Origin: Pedobacter sp.
GTDB taxonomy: Bacteria; Pseudomonadota; Gammaproteobacteria; Pseudomonadales; Moraxellaceae
Length of the DNA: 64,000 bases
NCBI GenBank assembly: GCA_031119295.1
Contig: JAVHYE010000001.1
Span: forward strand, 671-64,670
Reading direction: 5' to 3'
Under the pieces are notes generated by a model. The model saw nothing but the letters and a program-made list of their open reading frames with translations. It was not told where the DNA came from and did no database searches. Position numbers and translations under genes: made by a program. Positions 1-9,315 of this stretch are shown piece after piece. Every line of letters begins with the position of its first letter. The first letter of the stretch is position 1.

Positions 1-516
1 CAGATCGAAACGGGTTTCGTAGGAAAGGCCGCCGGTCTTTTTCACTTCGTCCAGCACTCGGCTGTAGTCGGAGGCATTCACCACGATGCCGACATGGGCG
101 TGGTTCTTGGCCGCCGAGCGCACCATGGTTGGGCCGCCGATGTCGATGTTTTCAATGGCGTCGGGCAGGGTGCAGCCGGGCTTGGCCACGGTAGCCGCGA
201 AGGGATAGAGATTGACCACCACGAGGTCGATGCCGCTGATACCGTGCTCGGCCATCACAGCATCATCCTGGCCACGACGGCCGAGGATGCCGCCATGAAT
301 CTTAGGATGCAGCGTTTTCACACGGCCATCCATCATTTCCGGGAAACCGGTGTGGTCGGAGACTTCCGTAACGGCGATGCCGCTGTCTTTCAGCAACTTG
401 AAGGTGCCGCCGGTGGACAGCAGCTTTACGCCGGCACTGCTGAGTTCGCGGGCGAACTCGACGATGCCGGTCTTGTCGGAGACGGAAATCAGGGCCTGTT
501 TGACGGTCTGGCTCAT
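1..516 (-). CDS. purH: Bifunctional AICAR transformylase/IMP cyclohydrolase PurH, N-terminal 172 codons (rest lies outside the window)
   Basis: Absent from the ORF track because it runs off the left edge. My reverse-strand translation from ATG (comp. 514-516) reads [42 protein letters not shown]...[16 protein letters not shown]...NLYPF...[15 protein letters not shown], which is the PurH MGS-like/IMP cyclohydrolase domain. Classical dusB-fis-purH neighbourhood. Confidence 0.9.
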   Translation of the reverse strand, partial: MSQTVKQALISVSDKTGIVEFARELSSAGVKLLSTGGTFKLLKDSGIAVTEVSDHTGFPEMMDGRVKTLHPKIHGGILGRRGQDDAVMAEHGISGIDLVVVNLYPFAATVAKPGCTLPDAIENIDIGGPTMVRSAAKNHAHVGIVVNASDYSRVLDEVKKTGGLSYETRFDL

Positions 517-563
517 GGTGCTACCCGTAGTGATCAATTGAATTCAGTGAATCGGTGAAAATG

Positions 564-589
564 AAAAAAGGGCGCAATCGCCCTTTTTT
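564..589 (-). terminator. Intrinsic terminator after fis (symmetric, usable in both directions)
   Basis: aaaaaaGGGCGcaatCGCCCtttttt: GC stem, 4-nt loop, flanked by A6 and T6, between the fis stop (610) and the purH start (516). Confidence 0.7.
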
Positions 590-609
590 ATCGTGATGGC
601 ATCCCTGGC

Positions 610-936
610 TTACATCAGCCCATGATCCTTGAGCTTCTTGCGCAGCGTGCCGCGGTTCAAGCCCAGGATTTCAGAGGCGCGGGTCTGGTTGCCGCGAGTG
701 TATTCCAGCACCACTTCCAGCAGGGGAGCTTCCACTTCGGCGAGGACCATGTTGTACACATCGGTCACCTGTTCACCGCCGAGATTGGCGAAGTAGTTGC
801 GCATGGCAAGTTCAACATGGTCACGCAGCGCTTTCTGCTGGGTGCCGTTGGAGGGGAAAGGCTGTTTCAGATTGGACATATCGACGCTTTGACTGTTGCC
901 GTTGAGAAGTAACGGATCCATGTTGAGATTGTTCAT
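610..936 (-). CDS. fis: DNA-binding protein Fis
   Basis: 108-aa ORF. The C-terminus [30 protein letters not shown] is the Fis HTH. ATGA start/stop overlap with dusB (933-936). Confidence 0.93.
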   Translation of the reverse strand: MNNLNMDPLLLNGNSQSVDMSNLKQPFPSNGTQQKALRDHVELAMRNYFANLGGEQVTDVYNMVLAEVEAPLLEVVLEYTRGNQTRASEILGLNRGTLRKKLKDHGLM

Positions 937-1973
937 GCCGCTCTTACCTCTCCTTCGATAAGCAGTCCGAAAGATTCTTGCAAGGAATCGCGGACAAAGG
1001 CCTGTTGCTGGGCCGGTGTTTCCAGTTTGTTGAAGTGGCGCGACAAGGCCGCTGCTTCCGGTTGCGTGGTATGCGGAAAATGTTCCGTGTACCAGCCGAA
1101 ATGCTTGCGGGCGAAGCGCAAACCCTGGAATTCACCGTAAAACGCGTAAAGAGCTTCCAGATGTCCCTGAATGACCGTCGCTACCTCTGCGCAAGAGGGC
1201 GGAGGCAGGTGTTCCCGGGTACTGAGGAAGTGAATGGTGTCGCGAAAAATCCACGGCCGCCCATGGGCGCCGCGGCCGGCCATAATACCATCGCAGCCGG
1301 TGTGAACAAGCACCTTTTCGGCCTTTTCCGGCGAGTCGATATCACCATTTGCGAGCACCGGAATATGCACGGCCTGCTTGACAGCCGCGATGGTGTCGTA
1401 TTCCGCCGCGCCCATGTATTTGTCTGCTCGGGTGCGGCCATGCATGACCAGCATCTGTATGCCGCAGTCCTCGGCAATACGCGCAATGCGTACGCCATTG
1501 CGGTTTTCCGGATTCCAGCCGGTGCGGGTTTTCAGGGTGACGGGCACACCTACGGCAGCCACTACGCTGGTGAGAATTTCCGCGACCAGTTTTTCATCCT
1601 GCAGCAGTGCCGAGCCGGCGAGGCGGTTGCAGACCTTCTTGGCCGGGCAACCCATATTGATGTCGACGATCTGTGCGCCCAGCTCCACACAGGCGCGCGC
1701 GGCCTCCGCCATCATCTGTGCGTCATAGCCGACGATTTGCACCGTGCGCGGTTCGGGCTCGCCCATCGCACTTTGTGAATAGCCGTCGAGGCGCGATGCG
1801 GATTTGCGTGAATTCCACAGGCGTACATCCGAGGCCACCATTTCCGAGACCACATGGCCTGCGCCCCACTGCTTGCACAACTGGCGGAAAGGACGATCCG
1901 TCACGCCGGCCATGGGGGCCAGGGCAAGAGGTGTATCTATCCGGTAAGGACCGATGTGGAAGGGCTTGAGCAT
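933..1973 (-). CDS. dusB: tRNA-dihydrouridine synthase B
   Basis: 346 aa with Dus motifs [24 protein letters not shown] and HGRTR. Directly upstream of and coupled to fis. Confidence 0.95.
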   Translation of the reverse strand: MLKPFHIGPYRIDTPLALAPMAGVTDRPFRQLCKQWGAGHVVSEMVASDVRLWNSRKSASRLDGYSQSAMGEPEPRTVQIVGYDAQMMAEAARACVELGAQIVDINMGCPAKKVCNRLAGSALLQDEKLVAEILTSVVAAVGVPVTLKTRTGWNPENRNGVRIARIAEDCGIQMLVMHGRTRADKYMGAAEYDTIAAVKQAVHIPVLANGDIDSPEKAEKVLVHTGCDGIMAGRGAHGRPWIFRDTIHFLSTREHLPPPSCAEVATVIQGHLEALYAFYGEFQGLRFARKHFGWYTEHFPHTTQPEAAALSRHFNKLETPAQQQAFVRDSLQESFGLLIEGEVRAA

Positions 1974-2000
1974 GGCTCATCCGGCTGTGAGGCTTTGGTG

Positions 2001-2018
2001 TGTCAGCCATGGCTGACA
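2001..2018. promoter_or_regulatory. Perfect 18-bp palindrome TGTCAGCCATGGCTGACA in the dusB-fis upstream region (operator or leader hairpin; function unknown)
   Basis: Read directly from the sequence. It lies 28-45 nt upstream of the dusB ATG and downstream of the preceding terminator. Confidence 0.3.
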
Positions 2019-2055
2019 GTGCAAGGGCGCGGATGATAGCGGCTGTGGCCGGTGG

Positions 2056-2084
2056 GGGCAAAACGCCGGGCGCTGGGCGCCCGG
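2056..2084 (-). terminator. Intrinsic terminator of the zinc-ribbon/DUF3426 gene
   Basis: On the minus strand: CCGGGCGC-cca-GCGCCCGG followed by cgttttgccc. It starts 25 nt after the stop at 2109. Confidence 0.6.
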
Positions 2085-2108
2085 AAGAGAAAGGATCAGA
2101 AGCTGAGC

Positions 2109-3497
2109 TTAGAGAATGGGGTCGAGGCTGTAGTTCACAGCTGTCGTGCCTGGATCGACGATGTCCAGGGAAATGCGTATGGGGGTATCCGGCGGCATGC
2201 GACGCAGCAGACGGGCTTCACCGCGCAGATATTCCATGGGCTTGAGCAGGCGGCTGGCCACGACTTCATTGCCGTTATTGGTAAAGCGCAGGAGCAGGGC
2301 GGGCATGGGCTGCGGGAAGCGGGCATTGTTCTTGACGATGGCGTCCACTACCAGAGCGTTTTCTTCAGTCGGATGCTTGCGGACCACCAGCTCTTCCACA
2401 CGCAGCTTGCTGGGGTCGGGGATATCGGGCAGGCGGCAGCCGAATTCCGCGCAGGCCTGTTCGAACCAGGGACGGGTAGCTGGCTTGACGGCCAGGTGTT
2501 CAAAGTTGAAGTAGATGTACTGCGCCGCAAACATGGCTATGGCCACGAGGCAGAGGAAGGTCCAGCTCAGCAGATGCCCCCAGTTGATGGGCTCGCGGCG
2601 GGGCTTGAGTACCACGGGCGCATCGACATGGGCCAGTGGCCTGTCCAGGGAAAAGGGATTGGGCGCCAGAGGCGCAGGCGAGTTGCTGCTGAGATCGTCG
2701 TTGTCGAGAAAGCTCAGCACATCGGCATCATCACCCAGAAAGTCATCAGCCGGTGCCTTGGCAACGGGGGCCGGGGCGGGTGCTGCTTTGCTGGCCGCCT
2801 TGCGTGACACCGGCTCTTCGGCAATACGCGAGCCCATGCCCAGTGCGGCAGCCATTTTCGGGTTCTTGGGAGGCGCCTTGGATTTGCCGTCCAGGATTTC
2901 CATGCCGTACTTGTGGCTGTCCTGCTTTTTCTCTTCGTGCTCCAGCTCGGAGAGAATGCTCTTGGCCCAGGACTCGTCGGCACTTTCGCTCAGCACGTGG
3001 CTGGTTTCGCTGGGAGCAGGTTGTTGCAGGCCGTCGCCGGCGTCATCCAGAAAGTCGCTGAGTTCATCATCAAAACGCAGGGATTTGCCCTGGTTCGAAG
3101 GTGGGGGAGCGGCTTTCTGGTCGGCCACCATGAAGGCGCTGATGTCGTCGTCGCTGAAACCGAAATCGTCGCTGCCGCTTTCGCTGGCTACACCGGGAAT
3201 TTCCCAGTTTTCTGCAGGGGCTGCGCCGCCGGCAGGCTTGCCACCCTTTTCACCAATCAGGGCCAGTGCCCAGTCTTCATCATTGCCTGCGCCTTTCTTC
3301 TTGGTCTTGGCGGCAGCCGGTGCTGCCGGCTTGGCGACAGCGGGTGGAGCGCCTGCACCGACCAGGTGCTGGTCGGCACGGAAGACTTGCAGACAGGAAC
3401 CACAGCGCACACTGCCTCCCTTGGCAGCAAGCTGGGCATCACTGATACGGAAAGTGCTGCCGCAGTGCGGGCATTTGGTCTGCTTGGTGTCGGTCAT
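2109..3497 (-). CDS. Zinc-ribbon + DUF3426-like membrane protein
   Basis: 462 aa. N-terminal MJ0042-type zinc ribbon CPHCGSTF...CGSCLQVF, an acidic/Ala-Pro low-complexity linker, one TM helix (WTFLCLVAIAMFAAQYIYF) and a C-terminal globular domain. Sits in the conserved slot between prmA and dusB. Confidence 0.8.
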   Translation of the reverse strand: MTDTKQTKCPHCGSTFRISDAQLAAKGGSVRCGSCLQVFRADQHLVGAGAPPAVAKPAAPAAAKTKKKGAGNDEDWALALIGEKGGKPAGGAAPAENWEIPGVASESGSDDFGFSDDDISAFMVADQKAAPPPSNQGKSLRFDDELSDFLDDAGDGLQQPAPSETSHVLSESADESWAKSILSELEHEEKKQDSHKYGMEILDGKSKAPPKNPKMAAALGMGSRIAEEPVSRKAASKAAPAPAPVAKAPADDFLGDDADVLSFLDNDDLSSNSPAPLAPNPFSLDRPLAHVDAPVVLKPRREPINWGHLLSWTFLCLVAIAMFAAQYIYFNFEHLAVKPATRPWFEQACAEFGCRLPDIPDPSKLRVEELVVRKHPTEENALVVDAIVKNNARFPQPMPALLLRFTNNGNEVVASRLLKPMEYLRGEARLLRRMPPDTPIRISLDIVDPGTTAVNYSLDPIL

Positions 3498-3654
3498 GTT
3501 CTGGTCCTGCGTCCCTGAGTCCTTCTGCTACCGGGCTTAATTTACTGCGGCCTTGCCGCTTTTTACAGCAACTTACACCGGGCTTTTCATGTGTGCCGTT
3601 AATTGCGTCGTGTTCCTGCACCATGAGCCGGCTCAGGAGCGCCGCATTTCGCCC

Positions 3655-4536
3655 TCAGGCCTTGCGTACGCCGGAAAGCCGGCACCAGTCTTCTTCCTTG
3701 ATGGCCAGTCCGTTCATGTCGAACCACTCGCCATAAACCTCGCGCAACTCTTCCACCTGCGGCTGGATGATGCCGGAGAGGGCAATCTGCGTGCCGGGGC
3801 GGCTGTGTTTGGCCAGCGCCGGGGCCAGCATGGCCAGCGGACCCGCAAGAATATTGGCGACTATCACATCGGCAGTAATGGCCGGCATGTCTTCGGGCAT
3901 GAAGGTTTTCACCTTTTCTGCCACGCCATTGCGCTCGGCATTATTGTGCGTGGCCGTCAGCGCCTGCGGGTCGTTGTCCACGCAATAGGCTTCTTTGGCA
4001 CCTAGCAAGAGCGCGGCAACGGCGAGAATGCCGGAGCCGCAGCCGTAGTCGATAACGGTTTTGCCGGCGAGATCCAGGCCGTCCAGCCACTCCATGCAGA
4101 GCGCCGTGGTGGGATGGGTGCCGGTGCCGAAAGCCAGGCCGGGATCCAGCAGCAGATTGATGGCATTGGGCTCAGGCGGAGGCGTCCAGCTGGGGACGAC
4201 CCAGAGGCGCTGGCCGAACTGCATGGGATGGTAGTGGTCCATCCAGGCACGTACCCAGTCCTTGTCTTCCAGCAGCTCTACGCGATGTTCCGGCAGTTTG
4301 TGGCCGAGCTGGGCCTCGAGAAAATCGATGATGGCATCCACTTCCGAGTCGGCCGTGAAGACGCCGATGACGCGGGTAGCATCCCAGAGCGGGGTGGCGC
4401 CGGGAGGCGGCTCCAGCAGGGGCTGATCGGCCGAGTCCTCCATGAGCACCGCGGCAGCTCCCAGCGCTTCCAGCACTTCTTCATAGCGCGGGGCGTCGGC
4501 CTTGGTGGTTTCGATTTTCAGTTGCAGCCAGGTCAT
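3655..4536 (-). CDS. prmA: Ribosomal protein L11 methyltransferase
   Basis: 293 aa with the SAM motif VIDYGCGSGILA and the typical N-terminus MTWLQLKIET. Confidence 0.95.
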   Translation of the reverse strand: MTWLQLKIETTKADAPRYEEVLEALGAAAVLMEDSADQPLLEPPPGATPLWDATRVIGVFTADSEVDAIIDFLEAQLGHKLPEHRVELLEDKDWVRAWMDHYHPMQFGQRLWVVPSWTPPPEPNAINLLLDPGLAFGTGTHPTTALCMEWLDGLDLAGKTVIDYGCGSGILAVAALLLGAKEAYCVDNDPQALTATHNNAERNGVAEKVKTFMPEDMPAITADVIVANILAGPLAMLAPALAKHSRPGTQIALSGIIQPQVEELREVYGEWFDMNGLAIKEEDWCRLSGVRKA

Positions 4537-4615
4537 GGAGGGTCACCGCCAAAAACAAAAAGCGGAGTGTAATGCACTCCGCTTTCCGGTGTTGCGCTTT
4601 CTGGTCAGAGCAGGC

Positions 4616-5962
4616 TCAGAGTCCCAGCTTCTTTTCCAGATAGTGGATGTCCACCCCGCCCTTGGCGAAATTCGCATCGCGCATGATTTCATCGCGGTGC
4701 AGGGGGATATTGGTCTTGATGCCATCCACCACGATTTCATCCAGGGCATTGCGCATGCGCGAGAAGGCCACGTCACGGCTGGGGCCGTAGGCGATGAGCT
4801 TGCCGATCAGGGAGTCGTAGTTGGGCGGCACGCTGTAGCCGGAATAGATATGCGAGTCCATGCGTATGCCTGGACCGCCGGGAGCGTGGTAGTAGTTGAT
4901 CTTGCCGGGGCAGGGGATGAACTTCTTGGGGTCTTCGGCATTGATACGGCATTCGATGGCGTGGCCACGGATGACGATGTCTTTCTGCGTGACAGACAGA
5001 CCTTTGCCGGAGGCCACCAGCAACTGCTCCTTGATGATGTCCACGCCGGTCACGAGCTCGGTCACCGGATGTTCCACCTGCACGCGGGTGTTCATCTCGA
5101 TGAAGTAGAACTGCTCGTTTTCGTAGAGGAATTCAAAGGTGCCAGCACCGCGGTATTTCATCTGCTCGCAGGCTTTGACGCAGGACTCGGCGACTTTGGC
5201 GCGGATTTTTTCCGGAATATGCGGCGCGGGAGCTTCTTCCACCACTTTCTGGTGACGACGCTGCAGCGAGCAGTCGCGGTCGCCCAGGTGGATGGCCTTG
5301 CCCTTGCCGTCACCAATCACCTGGATTTCCACATGACGCGGATGCTCCAGGAATTTTTCCATATAGACGGTGTCGTCGCTGAATGCCGCCTTGGCTTCCG
5401 AGCGCGTCACGAACAGCGAGTTCAGCAGGGCCGACTCGGTGTGCACCACGCGCATACCGCGACCACCACCACCGGCCGCGGCCTTGATGATGATGGGATA
5501 GCCGATCTTCTTGGCCACAGCGATGGCGTTTTCTTCCGTCACCGGGCCGCCTGAACCAGGCACGGTCGGTACACCGGCCTTTTTCATGGCCTCGATGGCG
5601 GACACCTTGTTGCCCATGAGACGGATGCTTTCCGCACGCGGGCCGATGAAGGTGAAGCCCGAGCTTTCCACGGCATCAGCGAAGTCGGCGTTTTCCGCGA
5701 GAAAGCCGTAGCCGGGATGTATGCCCTGGGCATCGGTGACTTCTGCAGCAGAAATCAGGGCCGGAATATTGAGATAGGAATCCTTGGAGGCTGCCGGGCC
5801 TATGCAGACGGATTCGTCGGCCAGGCGCACATGCAGCAGGTCGCGGTCAGCCTTGGAGTAGACCGCCACCGTGCGTATGCCCATTTCCTTGCAGGCGCGC
5901 AGGATGCGCAGTGCAATTTCGCCGCGATTGGCGATAACCACCTTCTCGAGCATCTTGGTCAT
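4616..5962 (-). CDS. accC: Acetyl-CoA carboxylase, biotin carboxylase subunit
   Basis: 448 aa. [26 protein letters not shown]..., an ATP-grasp domain with [10 protein letters not shown]. Downstream of accB. Confidence 0.97.
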   Translation of the reverse strand: MTKMLEKVVIANRGEIALRILRACKEMGIRTVAVYSKADRDLLHVRLADESVCIGPAASKDSYLNIPALISAAEVTDAQGIHPGYGFLAENADFADAVESSGFTFIGPRAESIRLMGNKVSAIEAMKKAGVPTVPGSGGPVTEENAIAVAKKIGYPIIIKAAAGGGGRGMRVVHTESALLNSLFVTRSEAKAAFSDDTVYMEKFLEHPRHVEIQVIGDGKGKAIHLGDRDCSLQRRHQKVVEEAPAPHIPEKIRAKVAESCVKACEQMKYRGAGTFEFLYENEQFYFIEMNTRVQVEHPVTELVTGVDIIKEQLLVASGKGLSVTQKDIVIRGHAIECRINAEDPKKFIPCPGKINYYHAPGGPGIRMDSHIYSGYSVPPNYDSLIGKLIAYGPSRDVAFSRMRNALDEIVVDGIKTNIPLHRDEIMRDANFAKGGVDIHYLEKKLGL

Positions 5963-5970
5963 TTTTCTGC

Positions 5971-6453
5971 TCAGACGATGGTGACGAGGGGCTGGTCGAA
6001 TTCCACGGCCTGGCCGTTGTCGACCAGAATGCTTTCGATGACGCCGCCCTGATCGGCTTCGATCTGGTTCATCATCTTCATGGCTTCCACGATGCAGATG
6101 ACATCGCCTTTCTTCACGGTCTGGCCGACTTCAACAAAAGCCGCTGCGCCCGGCGAAGCGGAACGATAGAAGGTGCCGACCATGGGGGAACGCTGCACGA
6201 AGCCGCGGGTAGCCGGCTCGACAGCGGCCGGGGCCGGGCCCTGTGTGGGTTCGGCAGCAGCGGCGGCCGGCGCAGCGGCAGCAACTGGTGCAGCGGCATA
6301 CACCGGAGCGGGCGGAGCAGCATACACCTGGGTGGCGCTGGGCTGGCGGTGACGGGCGATACGCACCGACTCCTCACCCTCGGTGATTTCCAGTTCATCA
6401 ATACCGGACTCTTCCAGCAGTTCGATGAGCTTCTTGACCTTGCGAATATCCAT
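5971..6453 (-). CDS. accB: Biotin carboxyl carrier protein
   Basis: 160 aa with an Ala/Pro linker and the biotinyl-lysine motif [13 protein letters not shown]. Confidence 0.95.
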   Translation of the reverse strand: MDIRKVKKLIELLEESGIDELEITEGEESVRIARHRQPSATQVYAAPPAPVYAAAPVAAAAPAAAAAEPTQGPAPAAVEPATRGFVQRSPMVGTFYRSASPGAAAFVEVGQTVKKGDVICIVEAMKMMNQIEADQGGVIESILVDNGQAVEFDQPLVTIV

Positions 6454-6506
6454 TGTGTGTTCTCGTTAATACAAATGAGTTGAGACAAAGCGTTGGAGAA
6501 AAGATT

Positions 6507-6950
6507 TCAGGCAGATGCCAGCCTTTTCAGGGCAAATTCGAGCGCAAGTTCGTAACCCTGCGGCCCGAGGCCACAGATCACGCCGACGGCGACGTCGGAA
6601 AAATAGGAGTGACGACGGAAGTCTTCACGGGCATGCACATTGGAGAGGTGCAGTTCGACAAAGGGGATGGCCACACCCAGCAGGGCATCGCGCAATGCCA
6701 CCGAGGTATGGGTGAAGGCACCCGGATTGATCAGGATGAAATCAGTGCCATCAAGACGTGCTGCCTGGACGCGGTCCACCAGCTGGCCTTCATGGTTGCT
6801 CTGGAAGTGGTCGAGACGGACGCCGGCATCCGCAGCACGCAGACTGAGGCGGGCGTTGATGGTGTCCAGCGTGTCGGCACCATAGATGCCGGGCTCGCGC
6901 GTGCCCAGAAGATTCAGATTGGGGCCGTGCAGGACAAGGATTTTGCTCAT
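6507..6950 (-). CDS. aroQ: Type II 3-dehydroquinate dehydratase
   Basis: The ORF track gives 189 aa. I place the start at the internal ATG (comp. 6948-6950), giving [24 protein letters not shown], the canonical AroQ N-terminus (147 aa). Confidence 0.92.
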   Translation of the reverse strand: MSKILVLHGPNLNLLGTREPGIYGADTLDTINARLSLRAADAGVRLDHFQSNHEGQLVDRVQAARLDGTDFILINPGAFTHTSVALRDALLGVAIPFVELHLSNVHAREDFRRHSYFSDVAVGVICGLGPQGYELALEFALKRLASA

Positions 6951-7197
6951 TGTTCGCTTTGCTTCCATGGGGCAGCGCCGTTTGGACGTTGCCGTTTCCA
7001 GGTTGTTTGCCGGCTTGTGACCGAGCGGTTCCGGATTCTGCCTCAGACCGGCAGGGCCGGCAAAGGGGCTGGCCACTGACTTCGCAACAAATTGTGTGCG
7101 GCTTCTCCTTATGACGGAAGCCTGCGAGGTCCAAGCGAAATGCCGGAAGTTCGCCGCACAATACCCAAACGGTCAGATTCTGGCAACGACACTGGCG

Positions 7198-7764
7198 TTA
7201 CAGGGAGGACAGTTGCTGGTCGTGTATCCAGGCCAGGAACTCGGGAGCGGACATCTCGCCCAGCAGGCGCAGCTGCGGGTGTTCCTGCCCCTGTTTGTCA
7301 TAGACAAGCAGGGCGGGCAGGCCGGCCAGCTGGTGGCTATCCAGCAGGGCCTGGACATCGGGGCTCATGGTGCTGGCATCTATCTGCAGCAGGACCAGGG
7401 GGCTCAGGGCCGCCTGCACGTCGCTGCGGCTGAAGACCTGCTCCTTCCAGACGATGCAGCTGGAACACCAGTCGGCATAAAACTCCAGCAGCACCGGGCG
7501 ACCCCGGCTGGCAGCCATGGCACTGGGTAATTGCTCAGGCGTGATGGTCTGGAAGAGGCCGGGTTTGTTGCTGAGCACAAAAGCGGGTGTTGTCGGCGGC
7601 TTCGCTTCCAGAAGAAGACGTATGCCGATATAGGCGCTGCCGGTGGCAAACAGGATGAGCAGGCAGGCACTGACCAGGGCGTGACGGGCACTGGAGCGCA
7701 GCAGCCAAAGACCGGGCAAGACGGCCAGCAGGGCCAGGGCAATGAGGGTGAGGGCGGTTTTCAC
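7198..7764 (-). CDS. Thioredoxin-fold protein equivalent to the last two TM helices plus the gamma domain of DsbD (possible truncated dsbD remnant)
   Basis: 188 aa. RPVLLEFYADWCSSCIVWKEQVFS...LLQIDAS...LAGLPALLVYDKQGQEHPQLRLLG aligns by eye with the E. coli DsbD C-terminus ([22 protein letters not shown]...[22 protein letters not shown]). GTG start with no convincing SD. The frame opens only 9 codons upstream. Confidence 0.6.
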   Translation of the reverse strand: MKTALTLIALALLAVLPGLWLLRSSARHALVSACLLILFATGSAYIGIRLLLEAKPPTTPAFVLSNKPGLFQTITPEQLPSAMAASRGRPVLLEFYADWCSSCIVWKEQVFSRSDVQAALSPLVLLQIDASTMSPDVQALLDSHQLAGLPALLVYDKQGQEHPQLRLLGEMSAPEFLAWIHDQQLSSL

Positions 7765-7895
7765 GGAGGCCGATGCTAGACGATGCCTTGCTTATATGGC
7801 CACAGCTATCGTGTTGTCTGCGGTGCATGCATTGCGCGTCAGGGCTCTTCTGGTGGACGGGGCGTCACGTGTAGAATCGCCGCCTGCCAAAAAGG

Positions 7896-8951
7896 GTGGC
7901 AGATACTCTTACGAATTCCCGGGCCCAGGTAGCGAGTGCACTCAGGCAAGTGATGGACAGCTGGTATGACAGCCTGGGCAGGCGCTGGCAGGATTTGCGC
8001 GAGCGCTGGGGTCTGAATGAGCAGGGTCTGCTGTTGCCGGCCCTCTTTCTTCTATTTCTCCTCAGTCAATTATTCCTGGCCTGGTCGTGGAGTCGTGAGC
8101 CGCGTCCGTTCGCGGTCAGCGCCGGGCAGCCGGCGCCAGTGCCCGGTGTGGTGCTGGCGCGCACGCTTGCCGATGTCAGCGCAACGCTGACGGAAAAGAA
8201 GGGCGGCTATCTGCGCAACGATCTGCTGCCGCCCGGCGTGGTGCTGGACAATATGTCGTCCTGGGAGCTGGGCGCCTTGCATCAGGTGCGCGACATGACG
8301 CGGGTGATGCACAGGGATCTCGGTCTGTCGCCACGTCTGGTCGAGGATGCTGATCTCGCTGATGCCGATGATGCCTTCAGCAACGATGAAAATGCCTGGG
8401 CCTTTCCTTCCACAGAAAGCGAGCTGCGTCGCGGTACGGCGTCATTGCGCTCCTATGCAGCGCGCCTGGGGACGGGGCGTGATGCCCGCTTCCTGGTGCG
8501 TGATGTCTATCTGGTGCAGTGGTTGTCGGCCGTGGAGGGCGAGCTGGATGGCTTGTCGAGTCGCCTCAATGCCTCCTTGCCGGATCACCCGGTGCTGACA
8601 GGCCGTCAGTCCATGACGCTGCCGCCCTTGCAGCAGACCTCGTGGTGGCGAGTCGACAATGTTTTCTATGAAGCACGCGGCAGTGCCTGGGCGCTGATGC
8701 ATCTGCTCAAGGCCGTGGAAATCGATTTCGGGCCGGAGCTGGCGCGTCGTCAGGCCCTGCTCAGTTTGCGTGCGGCCATTCATGAATTGGAGGCCACGCA
8801 ACAGACGGTCTGGAGCCCGGTCATCCTGAATGGCTCCGGCTTTGGTGTCTTTGCCAATCACTCCCTCGTGATGGCCAACTATCTCAATCGCGCCCGCACC
8901 GATCTGGCTGATGTGCGCATGCTGTTGCAGTCCGCTTCGTCGGAGAATTGA
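7896..8951 (+). CDS. Membrane-anchored conserved hypothetical protein (DUF2333-like, from memory)
   Basis: 351 aa with one TM helix (LLLPALFLLFLLSQLFLAW). Motifs WRVDNVFYEARGSAWALMHLLKAVEIDF and WSPVILNGSGFGVFANHSLVMANY match what I recall of DUF2333. GTG start at 7896 (alternative ATG at 7953). A TAGAAT -10-like hexamer lies at 7872-7877. Confidence 0.7.
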   Translation: MADTLTNSRAQVASALRQVMDSWYDSLGRRWQDLRERWGLNEQGLLLPALFLLFLLSQLFLAWSWSREPRPFAVSAGQPAPVPGVVLARTLADVSATLTEKKGGYLRNDLLPPGVVLDNMSSWELGALHQVRDMTRVMHRDLGLSPRLVEDADLADADDAFSNDENAWAFPSTESELRRGTASLRSYAARLGTGRDARFLVRDVYLVQWLSAVEGELDGLSSRLNASLPDHPVLTGRQSMTLPPLQQTSWWRVDNVFYEARGSAWALMHLLKAVEIDFGPELARRQALLSLRAAIHELEATQQTVWSPVILNGSGFGVFANHSLVMANYLNRARTDLADVRMLLQSASSEN

Positions 8952-9148
8952 GAAAGGCCCTGCAAGACAGCGTTTTTGCGGGGTTTGTGGACAAAAAATA
9001 CCCGGAAAAATCCTGCAGACTGTATGGACATCATGGGGCTCACCCCATAAATTACGCAGCCGACACAATGGCTTGTATTACGGGCGGAGCCCGACGCCAT
9101 TGGCAGCTCACGCTGTTCAAAGCATGTAACGTCCGCTGTTCAAAAGCA

Positions 9149-9162
9149 TTGACGAGCATCAA
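9149..9162. promoter_or_regulatory. FNR/ANR-type box candidate TTGACgagcATCAA upstream of coxB
   Basis: 9/10 match to the TTGAT-N4-ATCAA consensus, about 155 nt upstream of the coxB ATG. It abuts a direct repeat CGCTGTTCAAAGCAT / CGCTGTTCAAAAGCAT (9111-9125, 9134-9149). Confidence 0.3.
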
Positions 9163-9315
9163 TTCCGGTTCACAGCACCGGTGCTTGCATGCGCTTTTGC
9201 GCTTTGGATGGCCGTTTCACAGGTTCGGTCGGATGCAGATTGCAACGCGTCCGGCCATATAAAGAAGGCAGACCCGAATCTCAGGCGGGTTTGCCGTTGC
9301 AAGGGGAGTAGACGC

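Noticed and set aside
94-558. 154-aa plus-strand ORF at the left edge
   Set aside because: It is antisense to the clear purH N-terminal coding sequence read on the minus strand.
2052-3540. Plus-strand ORFs (251, 341 and 201 aa) overlapping the zinc-ribbon/DUF3426 gene
   Set aside because: They are Ala/Ser/Arg-rich translations of the opposite strand of a low-complexity gene. The minus-strand product has a zinc ribbon, a TM helix and the conserved genomic position.
8948-9262. 104-aa ORF filling the coxB upstream region
   Set aside because: No SD, a Cys/His/Arg-rich composition and no motif. The region is better explained as a regulatory leader containing repeats and an FNR-like box.
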